In this document: positions 28,836 to 37,861 of the stretch, piece by piece
Position numbering within the stretch: position 1 is the first letter of the stretch
Layout: the number at the start of each line of letters is the position of its first letter
Assembly (NCBI GenBank): GCA_051955835.1
Contig: JBQCGH010000127.1
Coordinates: 4,590 to 68,589, forward strand
Reading direction: 5' to 3'
From: Gemmatimonadales bacterium
GTDB taxonomy: Bacteria; Gemmatimonadota; Gemmatimonadetes; Gemmatimonadales; GWC2-71-9
Length of the DNA stretch: 64,000 nt
Made by a program: the position numbers and the translations under genes
The notes under the pieces: generated by a model
The model's database searches: none
What the model was told of the DNA's origin: nothing
Seen by the model: the letters and a program-made list of their open reading frames with translations, nothing else

Positions 28836-29990
28836 TCAGCGCCGCAGCAACGCCGTGACCAGCGCGGCGACCGCGAGCACCGCCGCGGCGATCCCTACGA
28901 TCAGCGCAGCGCGGAGTCGCGCACCCAGTTGTGTCGCTGAGGACGCGAGGGACGCTCTGATCGAATCGAGCGATGCGGACTGACGCTCGTCCAGCTTCGA
29001 GAGCGCGCCGGTCTGCCGCCGCTCCAGGCCGTCAAGCCGCTCGCCCACCAGGGCGATCTCGCCGCGGAGCGCCTCCTGGGCGTCGGCCATCTCCTCGAGG
29101 ACCCCGCCGGCCGGCGGGGTCGCCCCGTTCTCGAACAGCGACTGTCCCATGACCGACGTGCTCGCGATGACTTCCTCCATCCCCTGCACGAAATGCCGCT
29201 GGTGGATGCGCTTGTCCGCGTCGGGCCCGGGCTCGATGGTCGCCATCTGCGCCGCCTTGAGCACGGCGTTCTTGATGTCCCCGCCGCTCCGGGGGTACGC
29301 CTCCGCCAAGGCGCGAAAGTCGACATCGTCGGCGAGCGGCGTCTTCCGGGGATGCACCTGCACCTGCCAGATCCGCTCGCGGCTGTCGGCGTCGGGCATC
29401 TCGAACAGGATGTGGGTGCGGATCCGGCGCTCGAACGCCGGGTCCATGTTGGCGGCGAGATTGGTGGCGAAGATCACGACTCCGGGGAACGACTCGAGCT
29501 CGTGCAGCAGAACGTTGACCACCGAGTTGGCCTCGCGGTCGACCGCCGCCTGCATGGCGGTGAACCGCCGCCCCGCGATCGCGTCGGCCTCGTCGAAGAA
29601 CAGCACCGCGTCCTGCCGCTCGGCGGCGCGGAACACCGAGGCCACGTGCTTCGCCGTCTGTCCCACCCACCGGGACTCGAGCTCGGCGTAGCGGACCACC
29701 AGCAACTTGCGGTGGAGCGTGTAGGCCAGTGCCTCGGCGCAGATGGTCTTGCCGGTGCCGGGGGGGCCCGCAAAGTGGAACGCCAGACCGAGGCCGGTCG
29801 TGTGCCGCTCCGCGAGACCCCACTGGCGGAAGATGAGGTCGTGCTTCCGCACCAGCGCGAGCGCGTGGTCGAGCGCCCGGAGCGTTCGCTCCGGGAGCAC
29901 GACGTCGTCGAACGAGCGTTGGGGTTCGACGGCCTCGACCAGCTCGCGGGCGGGCGAGCCGAAGAAGAGGTCGCGGATGGAATCGGCCAT
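28836..29990 (-). CDS. AAA+ ATPase (SpoVK/CDC48-type single AAA module) with C-terminal coiled coil and a tail-anchor TM helix
   Basis: Walker A GPPGTGKT, Walker B VLFFDEAD, sensor region VIFATNL, arginine finger region PAFERRI. The C-terminus is a heptad-like region that ends ALIVGIAAAVLAVAALVTALLRR-stop. Confidence 0.85.
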   Translation of the reverse strand: MADSIRDLFFGSPARELVEAVEPQRSFDDVVLPERTLRALDHALALVRKHDLIFRQWGLAERHTTGLGLAFHFAGPPGTGKTICAEALAYTLHRKLLVVRYAELESRWVGQTAKHVASVFRAAERQDAVLFFDEADAIAGRRFTAMQAAVDREANSVVNVLLHELESFPGVVIFATNLAANMDPAFERRIRTHILFEMPDADSRERIWQVQVHPRKTPLADDVDFRALAEAYPRSGGDIKNAVLKAAQMATIEPGPDADKRIHQRHFVQGMEEVIASTSVMGQSLFENGATPPAGGVLEEMADAQEALRGEIALVGERLDGLERRQTGALSKLDERQSASLDSIRASLASSATQLGARLRAALIVGIAAAVLAVAALVTALLRR

Positions 29991-30023
29991 GCAGAAAGAT
30001 AGGGGCGCGCGGCCCGAATCGGC

Positions 30024-30434
30024 CTACTCGCGGAGCCGAGGCCGGCCCGCCTTCTGGTCCGCCGGCTCGGCCTCACCCGCCTGCTCGTCTGCCACCTTGC
30101 CGCCGGTCACCCGGTCCCACGCGTCACGGACCGCACCCTTGATCTCGTCCCAGGTCGACGGGCTGCCGCTCTGGTTGCGGTAGCGGGCCCAGCCTTCCCG
30201 GATGTCGGGCTCGGCATCATCCCAGCTCCGGCCCAGGTTGTCGCGCGCGGACTCGAACCCGTAGCGGAACGCGGGCCGGAATTGATCGTAGTAGTCGGGG
30301 CCCAGGGCGTAAGGGCGGCTGCTGAAGTTCTCCTCCCAGTAGTTGTCCTCGGTCTCCCAAGCGGCTTTCCAGTCTACGCCCAGCTCGTCGTCGGGGGCGG
30401 GGTCGGGAGACTGGCTCTGCTCGCGGTCGGCCAT
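30024..30434 (-). CDS. Small acidic Trp/Tyr-rich hypothetical protein
   Basis: 136 aa. GGAGGA precedes the ATG. DWKAAWETEDNYWEENF...FRYGFESARD...TWDEIKGAVRDAWDRV. Lies 33 nt upstream of the AAA+ gene on the same strand. Confidence 0.6.
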   Translation of the reverse strand: MADREQSQSPDPAPDDELGVDWKAAWETEDNYWEENFSSRPYALGPDYYDQFRPAFRYGFESARDNLGRSWDDAEPDIREGWARYRNQSGSPSTWDEIKGAVRDAWDRVTGGKVADEQAGEAEPADQKAGRPRLRE

Positions 30435-30742
30435 CAGGTCCTCCGGTCTGAACGTGGTGTGCTGCAGGAGGATTCAAGCTAGCGCGGGCGGTCGGTGGGT
30501 CCGGTGACCAGGCTCACGAGGCTTCATGGGGCCTTCACACTGGACGAGTGCACGGCTGGGGCGGCCGCCCCGGACGCCGCGCCCCTCCGTTCCCCTGCCC
30601 TCCTTCGCGTAGATCGCGACCCGTGACTCTCCCGGCGGTTCTGACGATACTCCGACTCGAGGCGCATCGCTCAATCTCAACGGGAGTTCGCTGGCGTGAC
30701 ACTTTTCAGGCATCCCGCGCCCCGCACCGGAACGTCGCTCGC

Positions 30743-31000
30743 ATGATCGTCATGGACCGGGAGAACACCATGGCGAAGGGATGGTCGCACGTGTTGTCCA
30801 CGACGGGCGACCTCGATGAGCTGGAGCGATTCCGGGTACGTGTCGGGGCGCCAAGGCAGGCCCTTCATGCCACCAGCCGCCACCCACACCTCGATCTCAA
30901 GCTGGAGCCGCGCGAACGCGCGCTCGCCGACCCCGAGGTCCGGGTCTTCGAGCGCACGGCCGACATGTTGCGGTTTCTGAACGATTCCCGCCGAAGGTGA
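30743..31000 (+). CDS. Small hypothetical protein, DUF4031-like C-terminal region
   Basis: WSHVLSTTGDLDELERFRVRVGAPRQALHATSRHPHLDLKLEPRERALA resembles the DUF4031 pattern (H-hydrophobic-x-D-x2-eLh-fA-x-lG...HYD). Three in-frame ATGs (30743, 30752, 30770), so the start is uncertain. Confidence 0.4.
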   Translation: MIVMDRENTMAKGWSHVLSTTGDLDELERFRVRVGAPRQALHATSRHPHLDLKLEPRERALADPEVRVFERTADMLRFLNDSRRR

Positions 31001-31006
31001 GGCCGC

Positions 31007-31408
31007 TCAAACCTTGGCCAAGATCGCCCGCTCGGGCGGAGGCCCCAGCAGATCGGGATGACGCTGGATCCAGGTCCGGAGCGCGCGCACGGCTGCGCTG
31101 TCGCCCGGGGTTTCCGGCGTCGCTTCGGGGAGGAAGTCGTCGCGGCCGACGTCGCTCGATGTCGAATCGGACCCAAACGAATCCGCGGGGGCGGAATCGG
31201 ACGGTACGGCTACCTCGAGCGTGTCGCTCGGAAGCGTCGGCGCGAGCTCCGGGGTGGGGCCGACCGAGCTGCGGGGCGCGAAGTTGGCCTGAAGCGTGTC
31301 GCTCGGGAGCGTCGGACTGGCGGAGCCCGTGTCGGTTTGCGCCGCGGCCACCCGGCCGGCGGTCGCGAGGAGCGCGACGAGGACGGAGATGCGGAGCGTG
31401 GGCGACAC
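31007..31408 (-). CDS. Secreted hypothetical protein with an internal PTLPSDTL repeat
   Basis: GTG 31408 is preceded by AGGAGG (31413-31418). Signal-like VSPTLRISVLVALLATAGRVAAAQ. Repeats SPTLPSDTLQANFAP / APTLPSDTLEVAVPS. Confidence 0.5.
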   Translation of the reverse strand: MSPTLRISVLVALLATAGRVAAAQTDTGSASPTLPSDTLQANFAPRSSVGPTPELAPTLPSDTLEVAVPSDSAPADSFGSDSTSSDVGRDDFLPEATPETPGDSAAVRALRTWIQRHPDLLGPPPERAILAKV

Positions 31409-31538
31409 GGGCCCTCCTGGCTGAAGTCGCGGTGCGCTTGCCTCTGATATTGTACGGCGAATTGAGAAGGCGCGCCGTCGCGGCCCCGACTTTCCGCGTG
31501 ATCGCCGACACATTCCCGCACGTCCTGTGACTGACACG

Positions 31539-31566
31539 AAAAAGGGGCAGCCGGCCAGGCTGCCCC
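31539..31566 (-). terminator. Rho-independent terminator after the BON-domain gene
   Basis: Minus strand reads GGGGCAGCC-TGGCC-GGCTGCCCC followed directly by TTTTT. It lies 25 nt downstream of the stop at 31591. Confidence 0.75.
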
Positions 31567-31590
31567 CTCGCGTCCCCGCCAGCGGTTCGG

Positions 31591-32706
31591 TCAGGACTTG
31601 GACGTGCTGGTTGTCCGGCCGCTGCGCGACCGCGATTCCGCGCCCTCGTGGTGCTCACTGTCACCGCTGCCCTTGCGGCCAAGGCCGCGGCGTGCCTGCA
31701 GCTGGTTGTGGACCTCGTTCACCCCTGAGCAGCGCTCGACGACTTCCTCGGCGAGCCGCTTGGTGTGGCGGTCGTCCACCGTACCCGTAAGGGTGACTTC
31801 GCCGTTGTTCACCGTGACATCGATCTCAGTGGCGTCGATGTCGGGATGCCGCGTGAGCTCTTCGTTCACGTCCTCGCGAATGCGGTCGTCGGAGCGCTGG
31901 TAGTTGCGGGGGCCGCGACCGAAATGCTGCCCGGCCTGTTGGCCATATCCTTCCTGGCCGTAGCCCTGCTGGCCGTAGCCCTGCTGGCCATAGCCCTGTT
32001 GGCCATAGCCCTGTTGGCCTTGCTGGCCATAGCCCTGGCCGTATCCCTGGTGGAGAGAGCTGCCCCCATAGCCCTGCTGACCACCCTGCCCGCCTTGCCC
32101 GTAGTTGCTCCAGCCGGAACCCTGCCCATACCCGCCTTGACCGCTGTAACCCGAGCCGTACATGCCCTGGCCCTCGCGCATCTGCCACTGACCACGGCCG
32201 CCCTCGTACCCTTGCCCGTATCCGCCCTGCCCATAGCCGCCCTGATGTGGCTGTCCCCACATGCCTGGGCCGGAGCCGCCCTGGCCGTACTCATGACTCT
32301 GTCCCATACCTTGACTGTAGCCGCCCTGATGGCTCTGTCCGTATCCGCCGCCACCCTGGCTGTACCCACCTTGTCCGCCCCACCCGGGCTGTCCGTAACC
32401 GCCTTGTCCGTACCCTTGACCATACGTCTGACCGTACCCGCCTTGGCCGTACATGCCCTGGCCGCTCTGACTGTACCCGCCTTGCCCGTACCCACCTTGC
32501 CCATAACCGCCCTGAGCATATCCACCCTGGCCGTACCCGCCCTGGCCATATCCACCCTGCCCGTACCCGCCGCCTCCCTGCGTGTACCAGCCGTGCTGCC
32601 CGGGGAAATCACGCTGGCCTCCCTGCTGCCAATCGCGCTCGTTTGAGCCTCCGCGACCGCCTTCCCGGAACCGGTCGCCAGAAGTGTTGTAATCGTCGCG
32701 AGCCAT
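31591..32706 (-). CDS. BON-domain protein with a long N-terminal Gly/Tyr/Gln low-complexity domain
   Basis: Start trimmed to ATG 32706 ([13 protein letters not shown]), with AGGA 8 nt upstream. About residues 44-260 are almost only G, Y, Q, S, with many GGYGQ units. C-terminus is BON: [64 protein letters not shown]. Confidence 0.85.
   Translation of the reverse strand: MARDDYNTSGDRFREGGRGGSNERDWQQGGQRDFPGQHGWYTQGGGGYGQGGYGQGGYGQGGYAQGGYGQGGYGQGGYSQSGQGMYGQGGYGQTYGQGYGQGGYGQPGWGGQGGYSQGGGGYGQSHQGGYSQGMGQSHEYGQGGSGPGMWGQPHQGGYGQGGYGQGYEGGRGQWQMREGQGMYGSGYSGQGGYGQGSGWSNYGQGGQGGQQGYGGSSLHQGYGQGYGQQGQQGYGQQGYGQQGYGQQGYGQEGYGQQAGQHFGRGPRNYQRSDDRIREDVNEELTRHPDIDATEIDVTVNNGEVTLTGTVDDRHTKRLAEEVVERCSGVNEVHNQLQARRGLGRKGSGDSEHHEGAESRSRSGRTTSTSKS
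31927..32577 (-). repeat. Degenerate coding tandem repeat (GGx-TAy-GGx-CAr units) encoding the GYGQ low-complexity domain
   Basis: Repeated ccctg(c/t)tggcc(g/a)tagcc units are visible on the plus strand. The repeat generates several long spurious ORFs in other frames (31765-32646 +, 31866-32612 -). Confidence 0.85.
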
Positions 32707-33123
32707 GCTGACCATCCTGTAGGACTGAGGGTTCACGCCACGCCGGTCGCGGAGACCGCGGCACGGCAGGGCGTGCGAGTGCTCGTTGCGGTGCCGACCG
32801 CGAGAGGACGCGGGCCGGCGTGTTCGAGGTCCTGCTTTTCGTGGTTGCGGGGAACGCGCGGAGCGAACGGCGGGGACGACCACTGCGGCAACGTCTCTGC
32901 AACCACGTGCGGGAACCTAGTCGGCACTGCGGAAGACCACTGTGACTGCGCTCACCGGAAGCGACATGGCTCAAACCAGCGATGTGCGAGATTCTCGCGA
33001 TTCACCGGGCGTCGGAACGCCAACGCGCAGCCGTCTCCGAGGGAGACTGTGCTGGTCCGAGTTGTGCGGCATATTTCCGGTCCAGCCGGGCAATTCCCTC
33101 TTTCGACAACCGCCGGAGCACTC

Positions 33124-33522
33124 ATGGAACGGTCGCGCGAGACCATTCTCGTCGTGCACGATGATGAGCGACTGCGCACGCACGTGTGCCGTGTGCTCAG
33201 GGCGGAGGGGTACACCACCATCGCCACCGGCCACTCGGTGGACGCCCAGTGGTGTGTGGAGCGGCACGCGGCCGAGGTGAGCTTGCTGGTCATCGACCTG
33301 GTGCCGCCTCGTCACCGCGACTACCACCTGGGCATCCCGCTCGGCGCCCTCTGGCCTCACACGCCGGTCATCTTCACGGGCGCCGAGGAGCGCGAGACCC
33401 ACATCCGTCGCGGCCTGCTTCATCCCCGCGCGCCGTTTCTGCGGGAGCCGTTTTCGCCGTACGCCCTCAGCCGGACCGTGCGGAGCGTGCTGGAGGGCCG
33501 GGCCGCCTCCCGGGCGTGCTAG
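33124..33522 (+). CDS. Single-domain response-regulator receiver protein, atypical (conserved Lys replaced by Glu)
   Basis: ILVVHDDE (acidic pair), LLVIDL (phospho-acceptor Asp), VIFTG (Thr), but REPF where KPF is expected. Start trimmed to ATG 33124. Its stop overlaps the arginase stop on the other strand (CTAG 33519-33522). Confidence 0.7.
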   Translation: MERSRETILVVHDDERLRTHVCRVLRAEGYTTIATGHSVDAQWCVERHAAEVSLLVIDLVPPRHRDYHLGIPLGALWPHTPVIFTGAEERETHIRRGLLHPRAPFLREPFSPYALSRTVRSVLEGRAASRAC

Positions 33523-34424
33523 AGAATTTTCTTTCCGAATGCCGACTGCACCAGTTCCACCGCGAACGCCGCGGAGGCGTTGCCCTGATCCAGGATCGGG
33601 TTCACCTCGACGATCTCGAGCGAGGTCATGACCGCTGAATCGTGCAACAGCTCCATGATGAGATGGGCCTCGCGGTAGTCCAAGCCTCCCTTGACCGGTG
33701 TCCCAACGCCGGGAGCCACCGTCGGATCCACCGCGTCCAGGTCGAAGCTCACGTGCACGCAGTCCGTCCCCTCGGTCACCCTGGCGAGCGCCTTCTTCAT
33801 GATACGATGGATGCCGTGACGGTCCACGTCGGACATGGTGTGGACCTGGACGCCGGTCGCCTTGAGCCGATGCTTCTCGCCCTCGTCCAGGCTGCGGATG
33901 CCGACGAGGGCGACGTTCTTCGGGTCCACCTTGCGGAAGTGCCCGCCCAGGTCCGTCAGCTCCTTCGGGCCGTGTCCCAGGAGGGCGGCGACCGGCATGC
34001 CGTGGATGTTGCCCGAGGGGGAGGTGTCGGGCGTGTTGATGTCGCCGTGGGCGTCCACCCAGAGCAGGCCGAGCTTCCTGCCCTCCCGTCGGCAGGCGGC
34101 GGCAATGCCCGAGACGGTGCCGGCGGCGATCGAGTGGTCGCCGCCGAGCACGAGGGGGAAGTCGCCCCGGCTCATGATGCGGTCGACCTTGCGGCAGGCC
34201 ACGGCGGACGCGCGCGCGATCTCCGCGAGGTAGCGAGCGTGCACGTCGCCGACCTTGAGCTCCTCCATGTTCTTGATCGTGATGTCGCCATCGTCCACGA
34301 CCGTGTGCCCCAGCTCGCGGAGCGCCGCGGCTACACCGGCGATGCGGATCGCGGACGGTCCCATGTCCACGCCGCGGCGGCCGGAGCCCAGATCCATCGG
34401 AACGCCCAGGATGTGAACGATCAT
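33519..34424 (-). CDS. rocF: Arginase (ureohydrolase family)
   Basis: Start trimmed to ATG 34424 (MIVHILGVPMDLGSGRRGVDMGP). Mn ligand motifs LGGDHSI, VDAHGDINT, SFDLDAVDP. ATGA overlap with the upstream gene's stop. Confidence 0.85.
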   Translation of the reverse strand: MIVHILGVPMDLGSGRRGVDMGPSAIRIAGVAAALRELGHTVVDDGDITIKNMEELKVGDVHARYLAEIARASAVACRKVDRIMSRGDFPLVLGGDHSIAAGTVSGIAAACRREGRKLGLLWVDAHGDINTPDTSPSGNIHGMPVAALLGHGPKELTDLGGHFRKVDPKNVALVGIRSLDEGEKHRLKATGVQVHTMSDVDRHGIHRIMKKALARVTEGTDCVHVSFDLDAVDPTVAPGVGTPVKGGLDYREAHLIMELLHDSAVMTSLEIVEVNPILDQGNASAAFAVELVQSAFGKKIL

Positions 34425-35296
34425 GCGTACGAGCCCCATTCGAGTTCGGTGAGGACATCGGGCCGGTGCGGCCGCCAACCCAGGAGCTCCTCCGCCCGCC
34501 TGCCGCTCGCCTGCTGGTCGAACGCCAGCGCGTCGGCCTCGGCCCCGAGCTTCGCCCGAGCATCCGCCGTGGGCCATGACCGGGTGCGCCCACCGGCGCC
34601 CGCGCGCCGGCTGGCGGCGGCGGCGAGCTCCTTGACCGTCACTGACGGGCCGGACGTCGCCAGCAACAGCGTTCCTGCGGGGGCTCGCTCCAGCACCAGC
34701 AGGTAAAGGTCGGCCAGATCGTCGATGTGCACCATCGCCCAGCGGTTCTCGCCGGTGCCGACGAAGCGGGCCGCGCCTTCCTTTCGAGCGAACTCGACGA
34801 AGCCCGCCGGAATGCCGCCGCCGCGGCCGTACACGATCGCCGGCCGGACGACCACGCTCCGGATACCGCGGCTGGCGGCGGCGAGCACCCGGTCCTCGAC
34901 CGCCTGCCGCCAGCGCACGAGCTCAGGCGGGTCGGTCGGCGTGGTCTCGTCCACCACCCTGCCTCTGGTGTCGCCGTACGACCAGATGCCGCCGGTGTAT
35001 ATGTACGGCTTGCCGCTGCCCTCGAGCGCCTGGAGCATTGCATCCACCGCTGGACTATCCACGGCCCCCTTCGAGGTCGTCGCGAGATCGATCACGCCGT
35101 CGGCGGCCGCGGCCGCTCGCGCCAGAGAGGCCGGTTCGGAAAAGTCGCCGCGCGCGGCGCGGACACCGGCGGCCGCGAGCCGGGCGGCTGCCTGGTCACT
35201 CCGGGCCAGTCCCGTGATCTCGTGGCCGGCAGCCTTGAGCCGCTCCACGACCGCCTGGCCGATGTAGCCGGTCGCGCCGGCCACGAACACCCGCAT
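34421..35296 (-). CDS. NAD(P)-binding NmrA/SDR-a-type oxidoreductase
   Basis: MRVFVAGATGYIGQAVVERL Rossmann motif. GGGAGGG upstream of ATG 35296. Confidence 0.75.
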   Translation of the reverse strand: MRVFVAGATGYIGQAVVERLKAAGHEITGLARSDQAAARLAAAGVRAARGDFSEPASLARAAAAADGVIDLATTSKGAVDSPAVDAMLQALEGSGKPYIYTGGIWSYGDTRGRVVDETTPTDPPELVRWRQAVEDRVLAAASRGIRSVVVRPAIVYGRGGGIPAGFVEFARKEGAARFVGTGENRWAMVHIDDLADLYLLVLERAPAGTLLLATSGPSVTVKELAAAASRRAGAGGRTRSWPTADARAKLGAEADALAFDQQASGRRAEELLGWRPHRPDVLTELEWGSYA

Positions 35297-35470
35297 CGTC
35301 CCTCCCGACCGCAAACGGGCAATCGGCCCGACGCGGCCACCGGCCAGCGCGTACGAACCCCGGCCGCGCGAATTCCGATAGCTGAACATCCCCGACGGCC
35401 GTTGGATGCCCGCCGCGAATTTACGAGGGGCGTGGAACGAAGCGAAGTGGAGGACCCCTGTGCCGGTCCC

Positions 35471-35827
35471 TCACCCTCGCCCCGAGGATCGGCGTGCGCG
35501 CCACTGCACACGCTCCAGCTTCACCCGCCCTCTCAGGTCGAAGCCCACGCCTTCCGCCTCGAGACGAAGTCGCTGGGTCAGCTCTCCACCGCCGCCCCGA
35601 CGACAGCTCACCCCGCCCGACGCGTTGACAACCCGGTGCCAGGGAACCACCGTGCTCGTCGGAAGCGCATGCAACGCATATCCCACCTGACGTGCGTGTC
35701 CCGGCAGGCCGGCCAGCTCGGCGATCTGGCCATAGGTCGCCACGCGGCCGCGAGGGATGCGACGCACGACCGCGTAGATCCGAGCGTAGTTCCCGGTGCC
35801 GGCGGAGGGACGGGTGGAGGAGGCCAT
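35471..35827 (-). CDS. Alkyltransferase-like (ATL) protein: MGMT DNA-binding domain with Trp in place of the active-site Cys
   Basis: IPRGRVATYGQIAELAGLPGHARQVGYAL...VVPWHRVVN. The PWHRV motif (versus PCHRV) is the ATL hallmark, as in E. coli YbaZ. Start trimmed to ATG 35827. Confidence 0.8.
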   Translation of the reverse strand: MASSTRPSAGTGNYARIYAVVRRIPRGRVATYGQIAELAGLPGHARQVGYALHALPTSTVVPWHRVVNASGGVSCRRGGGGELTQRLRLEAEGVGFDLRGRVKLERVQWRARRSSGRG

Positions 35828-36000
35828 GCGAGAATGTACGGACGGCCGCGAGCGGAGCGAAAGGGACGAACCCCTTCGCTCCTGACGTGGTGCTACTCGA
35901 TGGGAACCGCGGTGATTTCCAGGATCCTGGCCTCGGGCGGACACGGGGCACCGACAAGTGCGTCACCGGCTCGCACGACCAACACGCGCGCCGCCTGCGA

Positions 36001-36927
36001 CTACGCCGGCGCCGCCCGGCCCTCCCGCACGAGGTGCTTCTCCTCGACCACGCGCACCGCGCCCCGCTCGGGGGCGATGCCCCCGCCTCGGTGCTCGGCC
36101 CAGGCCTCGGTGAACTCGGCCCCCAGCAGAACGATCATGGACGAGTAGTAGATCCACACCAGCAGCACGGCGAGCGAGCCCGCCGCCCCGAACGCCTGGC
36201 CCGGGTTGCTGCGGCCGAGATAGAAGCCGATGAGGAACTTGCCCACCACGAAGAGAAACGCGGTGAACGCCGCCCCGACCCTGACGTCCCGCCAGGCGAC
36301 CTTCGCGTCGGGCAGCACCTTAAAGATCGCCGCGAACAGCCCGGCAATCACAATGAAGGACAGCACCTGATTGACGATCTGCAGTAGGGTACCCGAGATG
36401 CCGGCGGGCAGCATCCGACCGAGGGCGCCCCCGAACGCGCTGAGCGCCGCGGTTAGCACCAGCGACACCAGCAACAGGAAGGCAACGCTCAGAATCATCC
36501 CGAACGAGAACACCCGCTTCGCGACCAGCGCCCGGAGCCCACCGTGCGGATCGGGCGTCACCTCCCAGGCCCGGTTGAGCGCGGCCTGGAGCTGCCCGAA
36601 CGCGCCCGACGCGCCGAGCACCAGTGCGACGATGCTCAAGACAGTGGCCAGTGTTCCCCCCGCGCCCGGGGCGTGCAGCTGCGTCAGGATGGTCTTGATC
36701 TGCACCGTCGCGGAGGGTCCCATGAGCCCGCCGAGCTGAGACTCGAGCTGGCCGCGAATATCCTGCGGATCCACCAGCGTGCCCAGGATCAGCAGGATGA
36801 TCATGAGCAGTGGCGGCAGCGAGAAGATGGTGTAGTACGAGAGCGCCGCCGCCTGTGTCTGGCAGTCATCCTCGAGGAACCCATTGCCGGTCTCCTTGAG
36901 GAGCGACCAGTACTCCTTGAGAGCCAT
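36001..36927 (-). CDS. YihY/BrkB family membrane protein
   Basis: QTQAAALSYYTIFSLPPLLMIILLILG...AAGSLAVLLVWIYYSSMIVLLGAEFTEAW. Start trimmed to ATG 36927. Confidence 0.85.
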   Translation of the reverse strand: MALKEYWSLLKETGNGFLEDDCQTQAAALSYYTIFSLPPLLMIILLILGTLVDPQDIRGQLESQLGGLMGPSATVQIKTILTQLHAPGAGGTLATVLSIVALVLGASGAFGQLQAALNRAWEVTPDPHGGLRALVAKRVFSFGMILSVAFLLLVSLVLTAALSAFGGALGRMLPAGISGTLLQIVNQVLSFIVIAGLFAAIFKVLPDAKVAWRDVRVGAAFTAFLFVVGKFLIGFYLGRSNPGQAFGAAGSLAVLLVWIYYSSMIVLLGAEFTEAWAEHRGGGIAPERGAVRVVEEKHLVREGRAAPA

Positions 36928-36931
36928 GACG

Positions 36932-37861
36932 TCAGCCTCGGCGCCCGGCGGACGGAGAGCGCCCTGCGGCCTCTTTCGCCCCTTCCTTCGCCTCATCCGC
37001 GACGCGCGTGGCCGACTGTTTCACCTGCTCCTTGACCTGCTCCGCGGCGTCCTTGAGGGTGTCCTTGATCTCAGGCCCGCGCGTGTCGAGCTGCTCTCGG
37101 ACCGTGTCCTGAACGTCGCGGCTCGCCTCGGCGGCCGCTTCTTTCACCCGGCTCGCCACGCCGGATACCTTGTCGGCCACCAGATCGCGGACCTCGCCCA
37201 TCATACGCCGCTCGGGATCCGTTTCCGGAAGCAGCATGCCGAGGGCGATGCCCACGAGCGCCGCGCCGGCCGCGATCAGCAGCGGGTTCTCATCGAGCAG
37301 GTGATCGAATCCGCCGCGTGCGTCGCGGGCACGAGTCGTCGCAGTCCGCCGTAGCTCGCCCGCGCGCTCCTCCGCCCGGTCTTTGAGCTCGGACACCCGT
37401 TCACCGGCCCGGGAGGCGGCCTCACTCACGGTGTGGCCCATCCACTCGGCGCGATCGGCAAGGCGTCCCAGACGGCCGCTCCGGCGCTCCGGCCCGGTGT
37501 AGGCGAACCGCGCCATGCGGTCACCCGACACTTCGCGCCGGCTTCCCTTGCGAAGGGTGAAGAGCCAGATGGCCCCGAGACCCACGGCCGCGACCGGCAG
37601 CGGGTTCTCGGTAATGAAGTCCACCAGCCTGGAGCCGGTCTGGCGCGCCTGGTCACCCACATTGGACACCACGTCCTGCGCCTTCTCGGCAATGGCGTCG
37701 CGCGCCTGCTGCTTCAGCGCGCCCGGCCGGAGCCGCTCGCCCAGCGCGTCGATGTTTTCGCTCATCCGCTCGCGGGTGCGCTCGATCTCGTGCTCGATCT
37801 CGCGAGGCGAGGGATCGTACCCACCCTCGCCCGTGGTCACGTCCCGGTCGTCCTGATTCAT
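36932..37861 (-). CDS. DUF3618-type membrane-associated stress protein (coiled-coil rich)
   Basis: SPREIEHEIERTRERMSENIDALGERL (DUF3618-like head), two hydrophobic helices, KE-rich tail. ATG 37861 overlaps the upstream stop (ATGA). Confidence 0.65.
   Translation of the reverse strand: MNQDDRDVTTGEGGYDPSPREIEHEIERTRERMSENIDALGERLRPGALKQQARDAIAEKAQDVVSNVGDQARQTGSRLVDFITENPLPVAAVGLGAIWLFTLRKGSRREVSGDRMARFAYTGPERRSGRLGRLADRAEWMGHTVSEAASRAGERVSELKDRAEERAGELRRTATTRARDARGGFDHLLDENPLLIAAGAALVGIALGMLLPETDPERRMMGEVRDLVADKVSGVASRVKEAAAEASRDVQDTVREQLDTRGPEIKDTLKDAAEQVKEQVKQSATRVADEAKEGAKEAAGRSPSAGRRG

Noticed and set aside
31765-32646. Several long ORFs in both orientations across 31765-32646 (293 aa +, 248 aa -, 144 aa -)
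   Set aside because: They are frame-shifted readings of the GYGQ coding repeat. They give monotonous Ala/Leu/Pro or Arg/Ala/Thr strings. Only the frame joined to the BON domain, RBS and terminator is credible.
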